Below, in pieces: positions 30,694 through 44,808 of a stretch of 64,000 bases of DNA. The position numbers and the translations under genes are program-made. The notes beneath the pieces were generated by a model, which did no database searches, was not told the DNA's origin, and saw nothing but the letters and a program-made list of their open reading frames with translations. Every line of letters starts with the position of its first letter. Positions within the stretch are counted from its first letter, which is position 1. Source of the DNA: Eledone cirrhosa (lineage: Eukaryota); NCBI GenBank assembly GCA_964016885.1, contig OZ024753.1, forward strand, positions 11,346,001 through 11,410,000, read 5' to 3'.

Positions 30694-31309
30694 TGTGTGT
30701 GGTGTGTGTGTGTCTGAGTGTGTGTGTGTGTGTGTGGTGTGTGTGTGTGTGTATGTATATATATATATATCAGAATAAAATCTTTTCCTGGGTCATGTAT
30801 TTTGGTTGCTCTGGTAATGCGGTTGGACTGCTAAGCTGTCTGAACGTAATGTTATTACTCTGGGGTCTTTCCTCATCCGAGTGCTAAAGCTACAGACCGA
30901 TTATGCATATACGCTAGCTTGGCCGTATACTAAAGCTTCGTCAATGCTGTACTAAAATGTATATATATATATATATATATATATAGCTTGGTCTAGTCTG
31001 TTCTCACCCTCAGGACTGAAGGTTGTGGACCTTTGAAATGTCCATTATTCCCATCTTGTAAAAGATCTGACTTCGCTGGATCCAGAATCCTCGTCCGACC
31101 CTTACTCAGAAGGTAACTAACGTGTTGCAGCTCATCACCATTCATCACAAAAGTGAGAACATTTAAATTCCAGTTACTTGCGCCAAGCTAACTCCGATAT
31201 GTAAAATAAAAGAGAAGGGTGATCATGCTGTTCGACAATAGAAACGTTGAGATAATGATTTAAGTGCAACACTTGAGGAGCTGCTAGTCTGAATAGATTT
31301 GATAATTGA

Positions 31310-31506
31310 AAGGTGGAATGGCTCTTCCAGCGCATCTCGCTTAACATCCTTCAGGGGGATAAAACGCCTTTTCCATTCTGTCCGTCGGGGCTGTGGGTGG
31401 CGCCAGCACGCGGGACCACATTTGCTCATGATACAGAGAGATGGGGAGAGCGAAAGAGATGAAGGCGATGACAGTGGGAGTTCGGCTCTTCGGCGTTCGG
31501 AGACAT
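31310..31506 (+). mobile_element. CRE-like LINE 3' fragment
   Basis: Homologous to 38362-38550 (GGAATGGCTCTTCCAGCGCATCTC...GTTCGGAGAC). Confidence 0.7.
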
Positions 31507-31807
31507 TTATCAATTGTATGTTGCTGTTTATATATGAGTGTTGCCTACACTATATGGAGGAAGAAAACAGGCATTTTCATTCTTAGTATATCTTCCATCA
31601 TACCACTGGACAGCTAAACCATTGAAAGTTTGACACCTAAGTGACTAAGGAGTTCCACCTTCCCCGGTTTTAGAGTGATCCTTCTCCTTGCTGACCAATG
31701 TTAACCCTTCTCTGTCTACCCATTTATCGATGGCCTTTCATTCATCCGTGTTCCCCCAACGTTTGACAAGGTTTTACTTTCCAATCTGCATGGTGTCCAA
31801 GTGTTAG

Positions 31808-32300
31808 TGAAGGCGTGTGGCTGATTGGTGAGAGAACTGGATTCGCAATCGTGAGGTTGTGAGTTCGATTCCTGGACCGGGCGGATCGTTATGTCCTTCA
31901 CTTTCTCGTTGCTCCTGATAGATAGTATTAGCAATTGGAAAAACCAAGGGAAACATTGTTTCCTCGGTCCGATTTGACGAAAGTCGATCGACAAATTTTC
32001 ATGAAGGCACGCGGCTGATTGGTAAGAGAATTAGATTCGCAATCGTGAGGTTGTGAGTTCGATTCCTGGTCCGACCGAAACGTTATGTCCTTGAGCAAGA
32101 CATTTTATTTCACGTTGTTCCTTCTACCTGGAGTTGCGACCGATAGATAGTATTAGCAATTGGAAAAACCAACGGAAACATTGTATCCTCGGTCCGATTT
32201 GACGAAATTCGATCGACTATCGATGGTGTCCAAAAATAACCCACCTCACGGAGCACATTTCCTGGGGTTTCCGGGTTTGTCACCGAACCAAAAATGTGAC
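31808..32300 (+). mobile_element. Tandem pair of SINE family 2 variant
   Basis: Heads at 31808 and 32002 with GAGTTCGATTCC B-box. Confidence 0.8.
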
Positions 32301-32440
32301 AATTTGTAATTAATCTTTGACCGGTGTTAAACCACCACTTCATTTATGAATGCCGTTTTCGGTATTTTTGTTTTCTGTGGCAAGCATCAGGTCAGGTCTT
32401 CGACAAATAGAAAACCAGTCACGGTAGACCTGATAAATAT

Positions 32441-32533
32441 AATTGTTTCTACTTTTTGGCACAAGGCCAGCAATTATCCCAGTACATTACTGGTACTTTA
32501 TTTTATCGACCCCGTAAGGATGAAAGGCAAAGT
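32441..32533 (-). mobile_element. SINE family 1, 3' fragment
   Basis: Tail and central domain only. Confidence 0.85.
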
Positions 32534-32694
32534 TTCTCATAAATATAATGGGCGACTTCCTTCTTACTTTGAATACAGTATTTAAACCAGGATATAATGT
32601 TAAGCCACCAAAATATGTAGGCTTATGTTAGACATCTTTATCATTCAATTCCACCAGATTTCTGTCAATGGAAGTGTGACAAATATTCCTCTCC

Positions 32695-32716
32695 TCATAC
32701 TACTAATACTACTACT

Positions 32717-32760
<44 letters not shown>

Positions 32761-33250
32761 CACTACCACTACCACCACGACTACTACTAATAATTGTTTC
32801 TACTTTTGGCACAAGGCCAGCAATTACCCAGTGTATTTTATCCAGTGTATATTTTATCGCCAAAGTTAATCTCGACAGGATTTGAACTCAGACCGTATAG
32901 GGACGTAACTATATTCGGCAAAGCATGGCGTCAGATCCTCTACCGATATTGCCAACTGCTACTAATAGCAACACTACTACTATTACTACCACCACCACCA
33001 CTACTGTCATTACCACCACCACTACCACTGCTACCACTGCTACTACTACCACCACCACCACTACAGTTACTACCACCACCACCACCACCACCACCACCAC
33101 CACCACCACTACTACTACTACCACCACCACCAACACCACTACCACCACGACTACAATTACTACCACCGCCACCACTACTACTACTACTACAATTACTACC
33201 ACCACCACCACTACTACTACAATTACTACCACCACTACTACTAGTACTAC
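32695..33250. repeat. (ACT)/(ACC) trinucleotide repeat
   Basis: Direct inspection. Confidence 0.9.
32791..32955 (-). mobile_element. SINE family 1, internally deleted
   Basis: Inserted in an ACT/ACC repeat. Confidence 0.8.
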
Positions 33251-33593
33251 ACATTGTATTAATTACATTACTGACATCTTACAACAGTTGTGATTAAAAT
33301 AACCGTAAACTTAATGAGGGCTAATGGCTTTAAGAGAGCAGACGATATTAAAATGAATTGCGACAAGTTTAATACATCACCAGCTTCAGCCATATATTGG
33401 CAGCTTTCTTAATAACTTTTCGTCATACAACATACAACTTGTCGTATAACAGGACATTTAATACACTAGAATATAAATGTTATATAGATTAAGCAATAAA
33501 TACAAGTAAATTTACTATTACTAGCAGAACCCCACGGGGCGGGAGGGGGGGGGGGCTTTTTCTGCTAGCATGTGTAGTATGCAAACTGATATT

Positions 33594-34095
33594 ATCACCT
33601 TGATCACCTTGACCGACCAGTCTGTTGGGCGTGAATTCGGCGCCGCTGGTCACAGCACGCCGTCCATTCCTCTCTGGATCGTGCTTTCCTCATCCATGTA
33701 GTCCCAATCATATTCCTAAAATCGTAACTCCACCTTCGTGGAGGCCTTCCGAGTGGTCGTTTCCGCTCGCGCGGGTGCCACTCGGCAACTGCGCGAGTCC
33801 ACCGATTATCGGTGAACCGGGCGACGTGTCCAGCCCATCTGAACTTGCTGCGCATATATTCCGTGATGACGTCCCTCACGCCGGACTTCTGTCGGATGAC
33901 TTCGCTTCTGATGTGCTCTCTCAACGAGGTTCCTAGTATTGATCTCTCCATGGCTCTTTGAGCCGTTACCAGCCTCTGCTCTTCTCTCTTCGTTGTAGCC
34001 CAAGTTTCACTGCCATATAACATTGTAGGTAAAACTGTGCTATTGAAGAGGTTGGTGCGGGTCGTCTTATCCAACCTCCCCTTCACTGATATTAT
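33594..34095 (-). mobile_element. RTE-clade LINE 3' fragment
   Basis: ORF 33604-34131 carries LFNSTVLPTMLYGSETW, FRWAGHVAR, RPLGRPPRRW; short tandem tail (TCAAGGTGA)2. Confidence 0.9.
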
Positions 34096-34324
34096 ACCCA
34101 AATATATATGCATATAGATATGATACGTCAAATGAAAATTAAATTGACAATATGCACAGAAATTGAAGAGAGACTGAGTTACACTCTCTTCTGTAAACAG
34201 TTAAGTAATCCCTAATACATTTAAAAAAAGACGATATTATATATAAACTGCATTACAGCAGAATGTTATGAAAACAGAAAAGGAGAAAATGAGGTTAGCG
34301 ACGGAAATATAAACGCTATGATAT

Positions 34325-34502
34325 AACTGTTTCTACTTTAGGCACAAGGCCAGCAAATACCCAGTGCATTACTGGTACTTTATTTTATCGACCCCGTAAG
34401 GATGAAAGGCAAAGTCAACCTCGGCGGGATTTGAACTCAGATCGTAAAGGGCCGTAACTATGCTGGAAAGCATGGCGTCCGACCCTCTACCGATACTGCC
34501 AA
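34325..34502 (-). mobile_element. SINE family 1
   Basis: Near full copy. Confidence 0.9.
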
Positions 34503-36020
34503 ACGATGCAAATATAGAGTACGATGAAGTGTTGACATTTGAACATTTTAAAAGAAATGAATCTTGAAATAAGCAATACTTTATATATATAAGTATATTC
34601 ATGTTTAATTAAGAGCTAAAAAATTTAGTAAATAAATTACATTATATCAATTCATGATTTATTCAACGTAATCCAACTTATTTTAATAACATGTTCAGAA
34701 AAAATACCCCTGACACAGTCTCAGTCTCCAATCATTATATATATGCATATATTTTCTCATACAAACTTCTTCGTTTCTTATTGTCAGATACTACTAAGTC
34801 TTATGATAATATTTTCATTATAACAAGGATTTTTTTCTACACGCTGACGTGTATGTGTGTATGTGGATATACATACATTTATATATATGAGTATATACAT
34901 ATAAACGTCCAAACATAGACACACTTACAAAAATACACACTTAGACATACATTCAAACAAGCACACACATACATTCACACAAACACATACCTAGTATAAC
35001 AAATAGAACGCCAGCCGCTATTTTGCTATAGTTTTTTTCACCACCTCCTTCCTTCCTTTTACACACACATGCATTCACGCAGGCACACAGACGTACAGAG
35101 AGAGGAGAAGTAAGAGGTAGTCAAAATACTCCTCTCTCTTTACGTGTTGTGACAGAATCACAGAAATTTAAATATAGATTAGATGTTCGTTTCCCCACGC
35201 CAGATTAACTCGGATCGTTTTGCAAATCCGGATATTTGCATTGCATGGAAATTACTTGTAAATGGTTTTCTTTCGTTTTCTAAATTATTGAATATATATC
35301 CTAACCTAACTAATCAACCTTAAAATAGAATTGGCAATGCTTTTCAACTGTGAGAAATCTGTCCAGCTTAGACAGCATAATCATTTAGACTGCATTTGAA
35401 GTCATTATATTTTAGTGTTTGATTGATTAACATACAAAACTGGGTGTGTTTTCTTTAAAACACGAATTTCACTTTGACACAACTCTCGTAATTATTGGGA
35501 GCTGTCATGACATTCTATTAAATATCTCAAACCCATTACTAATCTATCAAATATACCACACGCACACAAACGCTGACGCAAACAGTCTCACTCACACACA
35601 CCCGCATATGCACATAGGCACAAACACACACACAAACACACACACATACACACACAGCGGTGCATGCACGCACAGATACACATACATATCACCCCATACA
35701 AATACACACACTTTAAAGCTACTAAACTATTTTCTGAAGTTGCTGATGAAGCATTTTCTACCATTACTTGTTCAACACTTTTCTGTAACTAAAGTCATTC
35801 CACATTAATAGTATACCGCTTCTATTTCACTACAAGTACTTTCAGTCTGCTGAATAGAGTTGTCACCACTCCTTCGAACCACAAGTTACTCTGCTAGATA
35901 ATTGAAAGTCATTTTAGATAATGTAGAACTCGATATCTTCAAAGAGATGAAGGTGAGATAGAACCAACTGTAATCCATTTAACTATAGATTTGCTTGATC
36001 AGCCACAATGAATCTCCATT

Positions 36021-36293
36021 ATGGTGGATTGGCAGTATCGGTAGAAGGTCGGACGCCATGCTTTGCAGCAAAGACTTACGGCCCTCCTTTATGGTCTGAG
36101 TTCAAATCCCGCTGAGGTTAACTTTGCCTTTCATCCTTACGGGGTCGATAAAATAAAGTACCAGTAATGCACTTGGTGATTGCTGGCCTTGTGCCAAAAG
36201 TAGAAACAATTATGTCCTATAGGGGTCGATAAAATAAAGAACCAGTAATACACTGGGATAATTGCAGGCTTTGTGCCAAAAGTAGAAACAGTT
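36021..36293 (+). mobile_element. SINE family 1 plus a duplicated 3' tail
   Basis: Full copy 36021-36211, second tail 36221-36293. Confidence 0.85.
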
Positions 36294-36377
36294 ATGTCCC
36301 ATGAGATAGAACTATCGCTAGATGGTGAGAAGACAGATTAAATTGTAATCCCTTTCAGCAGGGATCAGCTTGATCCC

Positions 36378-37247
36378 TGTGACATAGAACTGTAGCGAAA
36401 TCTGTCCACATTTTGACTCCTGGGTGACATTTAACGGTCATTTTATGGGATATCTCCTTTCGGGCGTAAAGAGGTTTGAGAGTGGACGACCTCTACGGGT
36501 CAGTCCTTTGTTCTCAAGTCTTGGGTACAGAGGAAGCGACAGAGATAAATAGCCTGTCTTAGATCAAGCCGAAAGAGTTCGAAGCAGTTCTTGATAGAGT
36601 AAACATGTAAAACATTGGCTTTCTACAGACTTTTGAGGTCTTACAGACTCTTACTCCCTCTCTCTCACTCACTCCTGGTCTTACAGACTCTTACTCTCTC
36701 TCTCTCCTGGTCTTACAGACTCTTACTCTCTCTCTCCTGGTCTTACAGACTCTTACTTTCTCTTACTCTCTCTCATTCACTCAATCTCTATCTCTTTGTC
36801 TCTCTCTTAACCAAGCCAGTGAAGTTCATGAAGTTTTCTTGGTAAATACAATTTAATTCTACCTTTACAAACAAATAACGTACATTATTCCTGTGTACTT
36901 TTTCGTATAGTTCCGGCGAGAGTTATTTTCAATAAATTAATTATATAGAGGTTTGGTGTCATCGTGGTTCATTTATATATACCGTATTTCCCGGCGTCGA
37001 AGACGTTATTTTTTCCCTAAAATAAGTCTCAAAAATCTATCATGCGTCCTGGAGGCCGAACGTTGTTTAGTATTATTGTTTTTTCAAATTTTTGGTTGTC
37101 AAAAGTAGGGTGCATCGTCGAGGACGAACTGTCTTCGGCGCCGGGTAATAGAGTATTCATTTTCTGCGTGATCAAGGAACTATCATATCATCATCATCTT
37201 ATTGAACACTTACTCCCTTACCTGCACACATGCAACCTCTGGTCACA
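36378..37247 (+). mobile_element. Candidate solo LTR
   Basis: TGTGAC...GTCACA termini, TATA-like GATAAATAG at about 36544, pyrimidine-rich repeats, AATAAA at 36931; no TSD found. Confidence 0.4.
36980..37155 (+). mobile_element. MITE, same family as 9532
   Basis: TA-CCGTATTTCCCGGCGTCGAAGACG...TCTTCGGCGCCGGGTAATAGAG-TA. Confidence 0.7.
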
Positions 37248-37853
37248 CTGTAGCACACAACAGTGACCACACTACACAGCAAGCTAAAAGTGAGTACACA
37301 CACAACAAACGAATCAACACCACAACACAATCAACTAACCAACTTGACCAACAAACAATCGCTATAGAACTATCGCTAGATGAAGAGAAGATTCAGCTGT
37401 AATCCCCTTCTCCATAGATTTGCTTGACCAGCAATAAGGAATCTCCATCATGTCGCTAGATGGAGATAGGATAGATTTAACTATAATCCCTTTCTTCATA
37501 GATTCGCATGACCAACAAACACAAATCTCCTAATATTTAATCGAACACATAAGTAGTTTGCATAGGACCTGCTGTATCTATTAGTTGATACTATATGAGT
37601 CTTTATTTAACGTAGTTCTCTCAGTCATCACGGCTCTGTGTGAACAACGGTTTAACTATTAGCAAGGGAACACAACTATCGCTATTATCCACAGAAAGAA
37701 ATGCATTACTTGGAAACTATATGTAAATAAATTCATTTAATCCATAAACGGCATTTCTGAGATCTAGGATATTAATCAAATAAATTACATTAAAGTGAAA
37801 GTGGCTTTAAAAGACTAATTTCTCTTTGTCTTCTTATATTATTAGTAGACTTA

Positions 37854-38042
37854 GCGGTGGATTGGCAGTATCGGTAGAGGGTCGGACGCCATGCTTTGAA
37901 GCATAGAGTTACGTCCCTTTATGATCTGAGTTCAAATCCCGCCGAGGTTACCCTTGCCTTTCATCCTTACGGGGGACGATAAAATAAAGTACCAGTAATG
38001 TACTGGGTAATTGCTGGCCTTGTGCCTAAAGTAGAAACAATT
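37854..38042 (+). mobile_element. SINE family 1
   Basis: Full copy, TTAGTAGAC on both sides. Confidence 0.9.
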
Positions 38043-38099
38043 CTTAGTAGACCGTTAAAGCCATTACTAATTACTTTGAATATCTGAAAGTAATCAATG

Positions 38100-38550
38100 T
38101 CAGCCCCCAACACAATGATCATCTTCCCGTTCCGCGGGGGCACACCCCTCGTCTGGGATGACACTTGCAGCCGCAACCTGGTGTGGTCTGCGACTGACCT
38201 CGGCTCTGCTGCACTTCGGGATGAGGAGGGTAAACTCTCCAAGTACCGGTCACTCTCCGACAAGTTAGCGGTCGTGCCCTTAGCAGTGGAGACTTCAAGT
38301 GTCATTGGCCCTAGGGCTAGCATAGGCACTGAGCTGGCCAGCCGCAGGTGTGAGCCTCACGAGATGGAATGGCTCTTCCAGCGCATCTCCCTTACCATCC
38401 TCTAGGGAAACCCCTTCTCCATTCTGTTCGCCTGGGCTGTGGGGCGACCAGCACGTTGGACTCCATTTGCTCCATAATACAGAGAGATGGGAAGGGTGAG
38501 GGAGATGGATGCGATGATGATGAGAGTTCGGCTCTTCCGTGTTCGGAGAC
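38100..38550 (+). mobile_element. CRE-like LINE 3' fragment (restriction-like endonuclease region)
   Basis: PFRGGTPLVWDDT...EEGKLSKY..L...PLAVET..VIG...WLFQRISLTIL*GN matches the C-terminal pattern of CRE-type elements. Confidence 0.7.
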
Positions 38551-38761
38551 ACTTGTCAAACTGTAGGTTTTATGACACAGGCTGACTGTGACGGAGACAC
38601 GATTAAAAGCGTGACAACAATCCACCCAAGTTCTCCCTCTCTCTATCTGTCTCACACTATCCCTTTTCCCCCACACAGTCATTTTAACGCTACTAATATC
38701 TCTTCCCCAGTCACTGCTACATATTCTTAACAACGAATACTTCCATCATTACTAATACATC

Positions 38762-38936
38762 GCAGTATCGGTAGAGGGTCAGACGCCATGCTTTGCAGCA
38801 CAGTTACGTCCCTTTACGAACTGAGTTCAAATCCAGCCGGGGTTAACTTTGCTTTTCATCCTTACGGGGTCGCTAAAATAAAGTACCAGTAATGTACTGG
38901 GTAATTGCTGGCCTTGTGCCAAAAGTAGAAACAATT
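38762..38936 (+). mobile_element. SINE family 1
   Basis: Near full copy. Confidence 0.9.
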
Positions 38937-39049
38937 ATTTTTGTTTTAGTATATTTCAAAATAGGGCGTCTTTCTTGGAAACCCACCCTTGCCAAATGAC
39001 ATTTTAACAGACGCGGCCATCTTTAAAAAGTCAGGAAAACATGCAACAA

Positions 39050-39237
39050 TAATTGTTTCTACTTTTAGCACAAGGACAGCAATTATCCCAGTGCATTACT
39101 GGTACTTTATTGTATCGACCCCCCGTAAGGATGAAAGGCAAAGTTAACCTCAGCGCGATTTGAAGTCAGAACGTAAAGAGCCGTAACTCTATGCTGCAAA
39201 GTATGGTGTTTGACGCTCTACCGATACTGCCAATCCA
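39050..39237 (-). mobile_element. SINE family 1
   Basis: Near full copy, inverted relative to 38762. Confidence 0.9.
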
Positions 39238-39509
39238 TGTGACAATAATGTAGTTATATAAAACAATATGTCGGGGGAAAGGTGATGGCTGGAATGGCCT
39301 ACGATAGAGATTGTACTGGGTCAAAGCTGAGATGGAAACAGCATCATCAACAATAACAACAAAAACGATTAATTATTCGACCCAACATTGGTGTTTCAAT
39401 CTGGTCGAATATTTAGAAATAGCAGACAACTGTTCTCCAAGTTGCTCCCTACAGATGTAAATAAGTTACATCGTAATGAAAGGATTTAGTAGAATCCGGA
39501 ACTAAACAA

Positions 39510-39540
39510 CGTCATCACCAATACTACCACAACCATGACA

Positions 39541-39593
<53 letters not shown>

Positions 39594-39713
39594 CAACAAA
39601 ACCACAACCATGACAAACACCACTACTATTACTACGACTATACCATCAAAACCACAACCAGGACAACCACCACTACTACCACTAAAACCACAACCATGAC
39701 CACGACCCCACTG

Positions 39714-39757
<44 letters not shown>

Positions 39758-40550
39758 TAAACCACCCCATCAATACTAACACCACAACCACCACTATAAC
39801 CTCAACCATGACTACCACCAACACTAACACCACAACCATCACCACCAATAAAACCACAACCAGCACCCCCACCACCATCAATACTAACCCCCACAACCAC
39901 CACGACTACCACCACTACCACAACCATGACCCCCACCACCATCAATACTAACCCCACAACCACCACCACTACCACCACTACCACAACCATGACCCCCACC
40001 TCCATCAATACTAACCCCACAACCACCACCACTACCACCACTACCACAACCATGACCCCCACCACCATCAATACTAACCCCTCAACCACCACGACTACCA
40101 CCACTACCACAACCATGACCCCCACCTCCATCAATACTAACCCCTCAACCACCACGACAACCAATAAAACCACAACCATGACCCCCACCACCATCAATAC
40201 TAACCCCACAACCACCACGACTACCACCACTACCACAACCATGACCCCCACCACCATCAATACTAACCCCACAACCACCACGACTACCACCACTACCACA
40301 ACCATAAACCCCCACCACCATCAATACTAACCCCACAACCACCACGACAACCAATAAAACCACAACCATGACCACCATCAATACTACCACCACCACGACA
40401 ACCAATAAAACCACAACCATGAACCCCCACCACCATAGATACTAACACCACCACTACCACCACTACCACCACCACCACTACCACCACCACCACAACCACC
40501 ACCACTGCCACCACTACCACAACCATGAACCCCCCACACCCATCAATATT
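39510..40550. repeat. ACC/ACT-rich repeat with a 63-bp higher unit
   Basis: ACAACCATGACCCCCACCACCATCAATACTAACCCC recurs every 63 bp from about 39920 to 40330. Confidence 0.9.
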
Positions 40551-40829
40551 AACCCCTAAACCAGAAGATTGAACCGTTGTGGTGACACGCGGCCTTGTTG
40601 CCAGCCGGGACTAGTGGCAAGCAAAGCAATAATAACAAGAACAACAACGATAATTGATGTGATAGAGCAGATGCAGTTTCTACCAGGTCATAGATATATA
40701 TAGAACAGACATTTATCTCTGAAAGGTAAACCCTATCATACTCTCGGAAATAAGAAATGTCTGTAACAGACAACGTTATGGCCACGAATGGACCGTATTT
40801 GTTCGATCAGCAGGCTGACATTGAAGCTA

Positions 40830-41992
40830 AACAACACCACCAATAGCAGCAGCAACAACACCAACAGTAGCAGCAACAATAACACCAACAGCAGCAACAA
40901 CAACACCAACACCAACAGCAGCAGCAACAACACCAACACCAACAGCAGCAACACCAACAGCTGCAGCAACAACACCAACACAAACACCAGCAAAAATCAT
41001 CAACAACAACACCAACAACAACACCAACAACAACACCAGTAACAACAAAACGAACAACACCAACAACACCAACACCATCACCACAAACAACAAGACCAAC
41101 AACAACACCAGTAACAACACCAACAACACCAACACCAACAACTCCAACAACAACAACAACACCAACAACAACTACAACACCAGCAACACCAATAACAGCA
41201 CCACCAATAACACCAACACCAGCAACAACACCACCAACAACAACACCACCAACAACAACATCAGCAACACCAATAACAGCACCACCAACAACACCAACAA
41301 CACTAACAACCATAACACCAACAACACCAACAACAGCAACTCCAACAACATCACCACCAACAACAACAATACCAACACCAACAACAACACCAACAACAAC
41401 AATACCAACATCAACAACAACACCAGCAACAACAACTCCAACAACATCACCAACAACAACAATACCAACACCAACAACAACACCAGCAACAACAACTCCA
41501 ATAACACCACCAACAACAACAATACCAACACCAACAACAACAATACCAACACCAACAACAACACCAACAACAACAATACCAACAACAACAACAACACCAA
41601 CAACAACAATACCAACAACAACACGAGCAACAACAACTCCAACAACATCACCAACAACAACAATACCAACACCAACAACAACAATACCAACAACAACACG
41701 AGCAACAACAACTCCAACAACATCACCAACAACAACAATACCAACACCAACAACAACAATACCAACAACAACACCAGCAACAACAACTCCAACAACATCA
41801 CCAACAACAACAATACCAACACCAACAACAACAATACCAACAACAACACCAGCAACAACAACTCCAACAACATCACCAACAACAACAATACCAACACCAC
41901 ACCAACAACAACACCAGCAACAACACCACCAACAACAACACCAACAACACCAACAACACCACCAACAACAACAACAACAACACCAACAACTA
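40830..41992. repeat. Degenerate (CAA/CAC/CAG) repeat
   Basis: Direct inspection. Confidence 0.9.
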
Positions 41993-42340
41993 TAACGACA
42001 AAAACTCAGATTACGCTTCCAAAGACTAAACATCATACATCATACATCATTGCAGAGAAAGATTTATCAGTAAAGTAACTTTCTCAATACCATTGGGATA
42101 ACAATCACACTCTGTATATAAATACCATTTATCATGGTAAGACTATATATAAAAATAACAGACATCACTGGATCTCTAGCTTGGCTACTCGTGATAATAA
42201 CGACACTGTCATTACTTATACTGTTATCATCGACAGTAATAACTACAATATATTCCCTGTACTCCTGATGCCACAATCGGAAGAAGAAAACTGCTCAATA
42301 CGAATACCCACATAGACACAAACAATCCTGCACACACAAA

Positions 42341-42376
<36 letters not shown>

Positions 42377-42377
42377 T

Positions 42378-42436
<59 letters not shown>

Positions 42437-42632
42437 TTGGAACTTTTTTAACCAACTTTTAATTTCTTCTTATATATATATATATACATTTTCATCCTTT
42501 TCTCTCCCCCCCCTCTCTAAATAAAATATTTTTCCCAATATCACACATCAATCTAAAACCACTTTTCATATGTTGATTTAAAACTGCACTATCAACAAGT
42601 GTTTTTTTTAGCCTTCATATCATGTTCTCCTG

Positions 42633-42699
42633 TTTTATCTGATGAAAACACAAATATTATTGTTTGATGATGTTTGTTTTTGAAATGCGCATAATAAAA
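42633..42699 (+). ncRNA. Hammerhead ribozyme motif
   Basis: TTTTAT-CTGATGA(42639)-AAACACAAATATTATTGTTTGATGATGTTTGTTTTT-GAAAT-GCGC-ATA-ATAAAA; 6-bp stem I. Confidence 0.8.
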
Positions 42700-42731
42700 T
42701 ATATTGAACTCCTTTAACCATCTTTTGATCG

Positions 42732-42844
<113 letters not shown>

Positions 42845-42878
42845 TTGGAACTTTTTTAACCAACTTTTAATTTCTTCT

Positions 42879-42940
<62 letters not shown>

Positions 42941-42975
42941 AAGAAATTAAAAGTTGGTTAAAAAAGTTCCAAATA

Positions 42976-43042
42976 TTTTATTATGCGCATTTCAAAAGCA
43001 AATATCATCCTGGGACGATAGTTGCGTTCTCATCAGATAAAA
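42976..43042 (-). ncRNA. Hammerhead ribozyme motif (inverted partner of 42633)
   Basis: TCATCAG at 43030-43036 and TATGCGCATTTC at 42982-42993; nearly the same sequence as 1848-1910. Confidence 0.8.
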
Positions 43043-43193
43043 TAAGGTAACATATGATGCCTAAAAAACACTTGTGAACAAGGAAGTGTCCAGTCAACAT
43101 ATTTCTTCTTATATATACACCAGTCCAATAAACTGTTGAGTGCTACTTATCCGATATATGCATAGTTTTATTGTCCTACAATGAAACTCACCT

Positions 43194-43226
<33 letters not shown>

Positions 43227-43273
43227 GCCTTTTCAGCCCCATGGATTATATTTATTTCTTAAATTTCGTTTGA

Positions 43274-43331
43274 ATACCTGATGATGTCACCGGATTCATA
43301 CTGAACCCGGTCATTGAAATGTTCATAGTAT
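43274..43331 (+). ncRNA. Hammerhead ribozyme motif
   Basis: ATAC-CTGATGA-TGTCACCGGATTCA-TAC-TGAACCCGGTCATT-GAAAT-GTTC-ATA-GTAT, AATAAA at 43332. Confidence 0.8.
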
Positions 43332-43384
43332 AATAAACCTTTAAGGAATTACACCAGTCCAGCCTCCTCTTATTTTATAATATA

Positions 43385-43430
<46 letters not shown>

Positions 43431-44450
43431 TCGTATATCTCTCTCTATATATATATATATAGAGAGAGATAAATATGTATATACATACATAGATATAGAT
43501 ATATAGATATATAGTTATATATATATATATATGTATGTATAGATATTCTTTCGTATCCCACGACAGCAGAACACACATCAACATTTATTACATGTATACA
43601 AGTTATTCTATACTAAGACTATCATATTACAAAACACACACACTCACACACACATACACACACACACACACACACATAAACAAACAAATACTATAAAACA
43701 GATATTAAAAAAAACGGAACACATCAGTAATAATAATAAAAATACATCTACACCACCACCACCATTGTAAATCTGTAAATACATCCACACCATCATTTCC
43801 ATAGCCAAAATACATGCTACCACCTCCACCACCATTGTAAATCTGTAAATATACACACGATTTTTCATCAACGAAAATACATCGATCACTGTATCCACCA
43901 TCCAATTCTCCAACCCAATACAAAACTCACATTTTGAAGGAGAGAGTAAAAAAACAGAAGAGCTACATAAAAAAAAAACCACTTCCTGTTTTCCCATTAA
44001 ATCAACCAGAATCACAAACGCAGTCACATACACCCATACATACATACATACATCACACATACGTAAATATTCACGTATATATTTACATATATATTTACAT
44101 ATCTATGTGTGTTTGTACATATGTATGTGTTTTATGTATGTATGTAGTCCATCTAAAACTACACAAATGTGATCGATTTAAAGAAAGGAAATGAAATTTT
44201 TACTCGATTAAGCTAAAGATTTCGGATATCAACAATAAATAAACTTGGCGATGATTATTGCAGTAAAAACATCTAGTTATCGATGATAAAGGATGATTAT
44301 TTAAATATAGAAAATGATAGGAATTTAAATAACCCCCCCCCCATATATATATATATATATACATATACATTATATATATATATATATACATATATAAAAC
44401 CCTTTTTGTACTGTTGACCATGTTATTCTTCACTCTTTCACTATATACAT

Positions 44451-44490
<40 letters not shown>

Positions 44491-44492
<2 letters not shown>

Positions 44493-44630
44493 CGAAGGAA
44501 ATGTGGTAAGGAACCAGATGGATCATAACGCACCAAAGTACTCAATACTTAGGGTAGTAGAGAGGGTAATAGGAACGAGTAGGACCCCGACGGCTGAGCT
44601 CAAGCGGTTTCGACAACTAATTCTGGACTA
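44491..44630 (+). mobile_element. Family J single arm
   Basis: Full arm of about 140 bp directly after (TA)n. Confidence 0.75.
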
Positions 44631-44767
44631 AATGAACATTTTTATCCTGGTAAATGAATAGCCGAACTTCTCAGGGGGTAATTCCATATCTGGTAAAAGT
44701 GATTGTCACAAGGATTGGTCAATAGTTTGTTGTTGAGACACATAATTTTATCATGACATTTTGTGGA

Positions 44768-44808
<41 letters not shown>

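Noticed and set aside
32794-33297. Poly-Thr, poly-Pro, poly-Val and poly-Gly ORFs here and at 39802-42036 and 47683-48657
   Set aside because: Open in several frames and on both strands as expected for trinucleotide repeats, with phase shifts and a SINE insertion.
43278-43320. SECIS element (AUGA...GA stem), as reported for some Naiad elements
   Set aside because: The tandem GA pairs are explained by the hammerhead core; there is no apical AA at the right distance and no upstream ORF with in-frame UGA.
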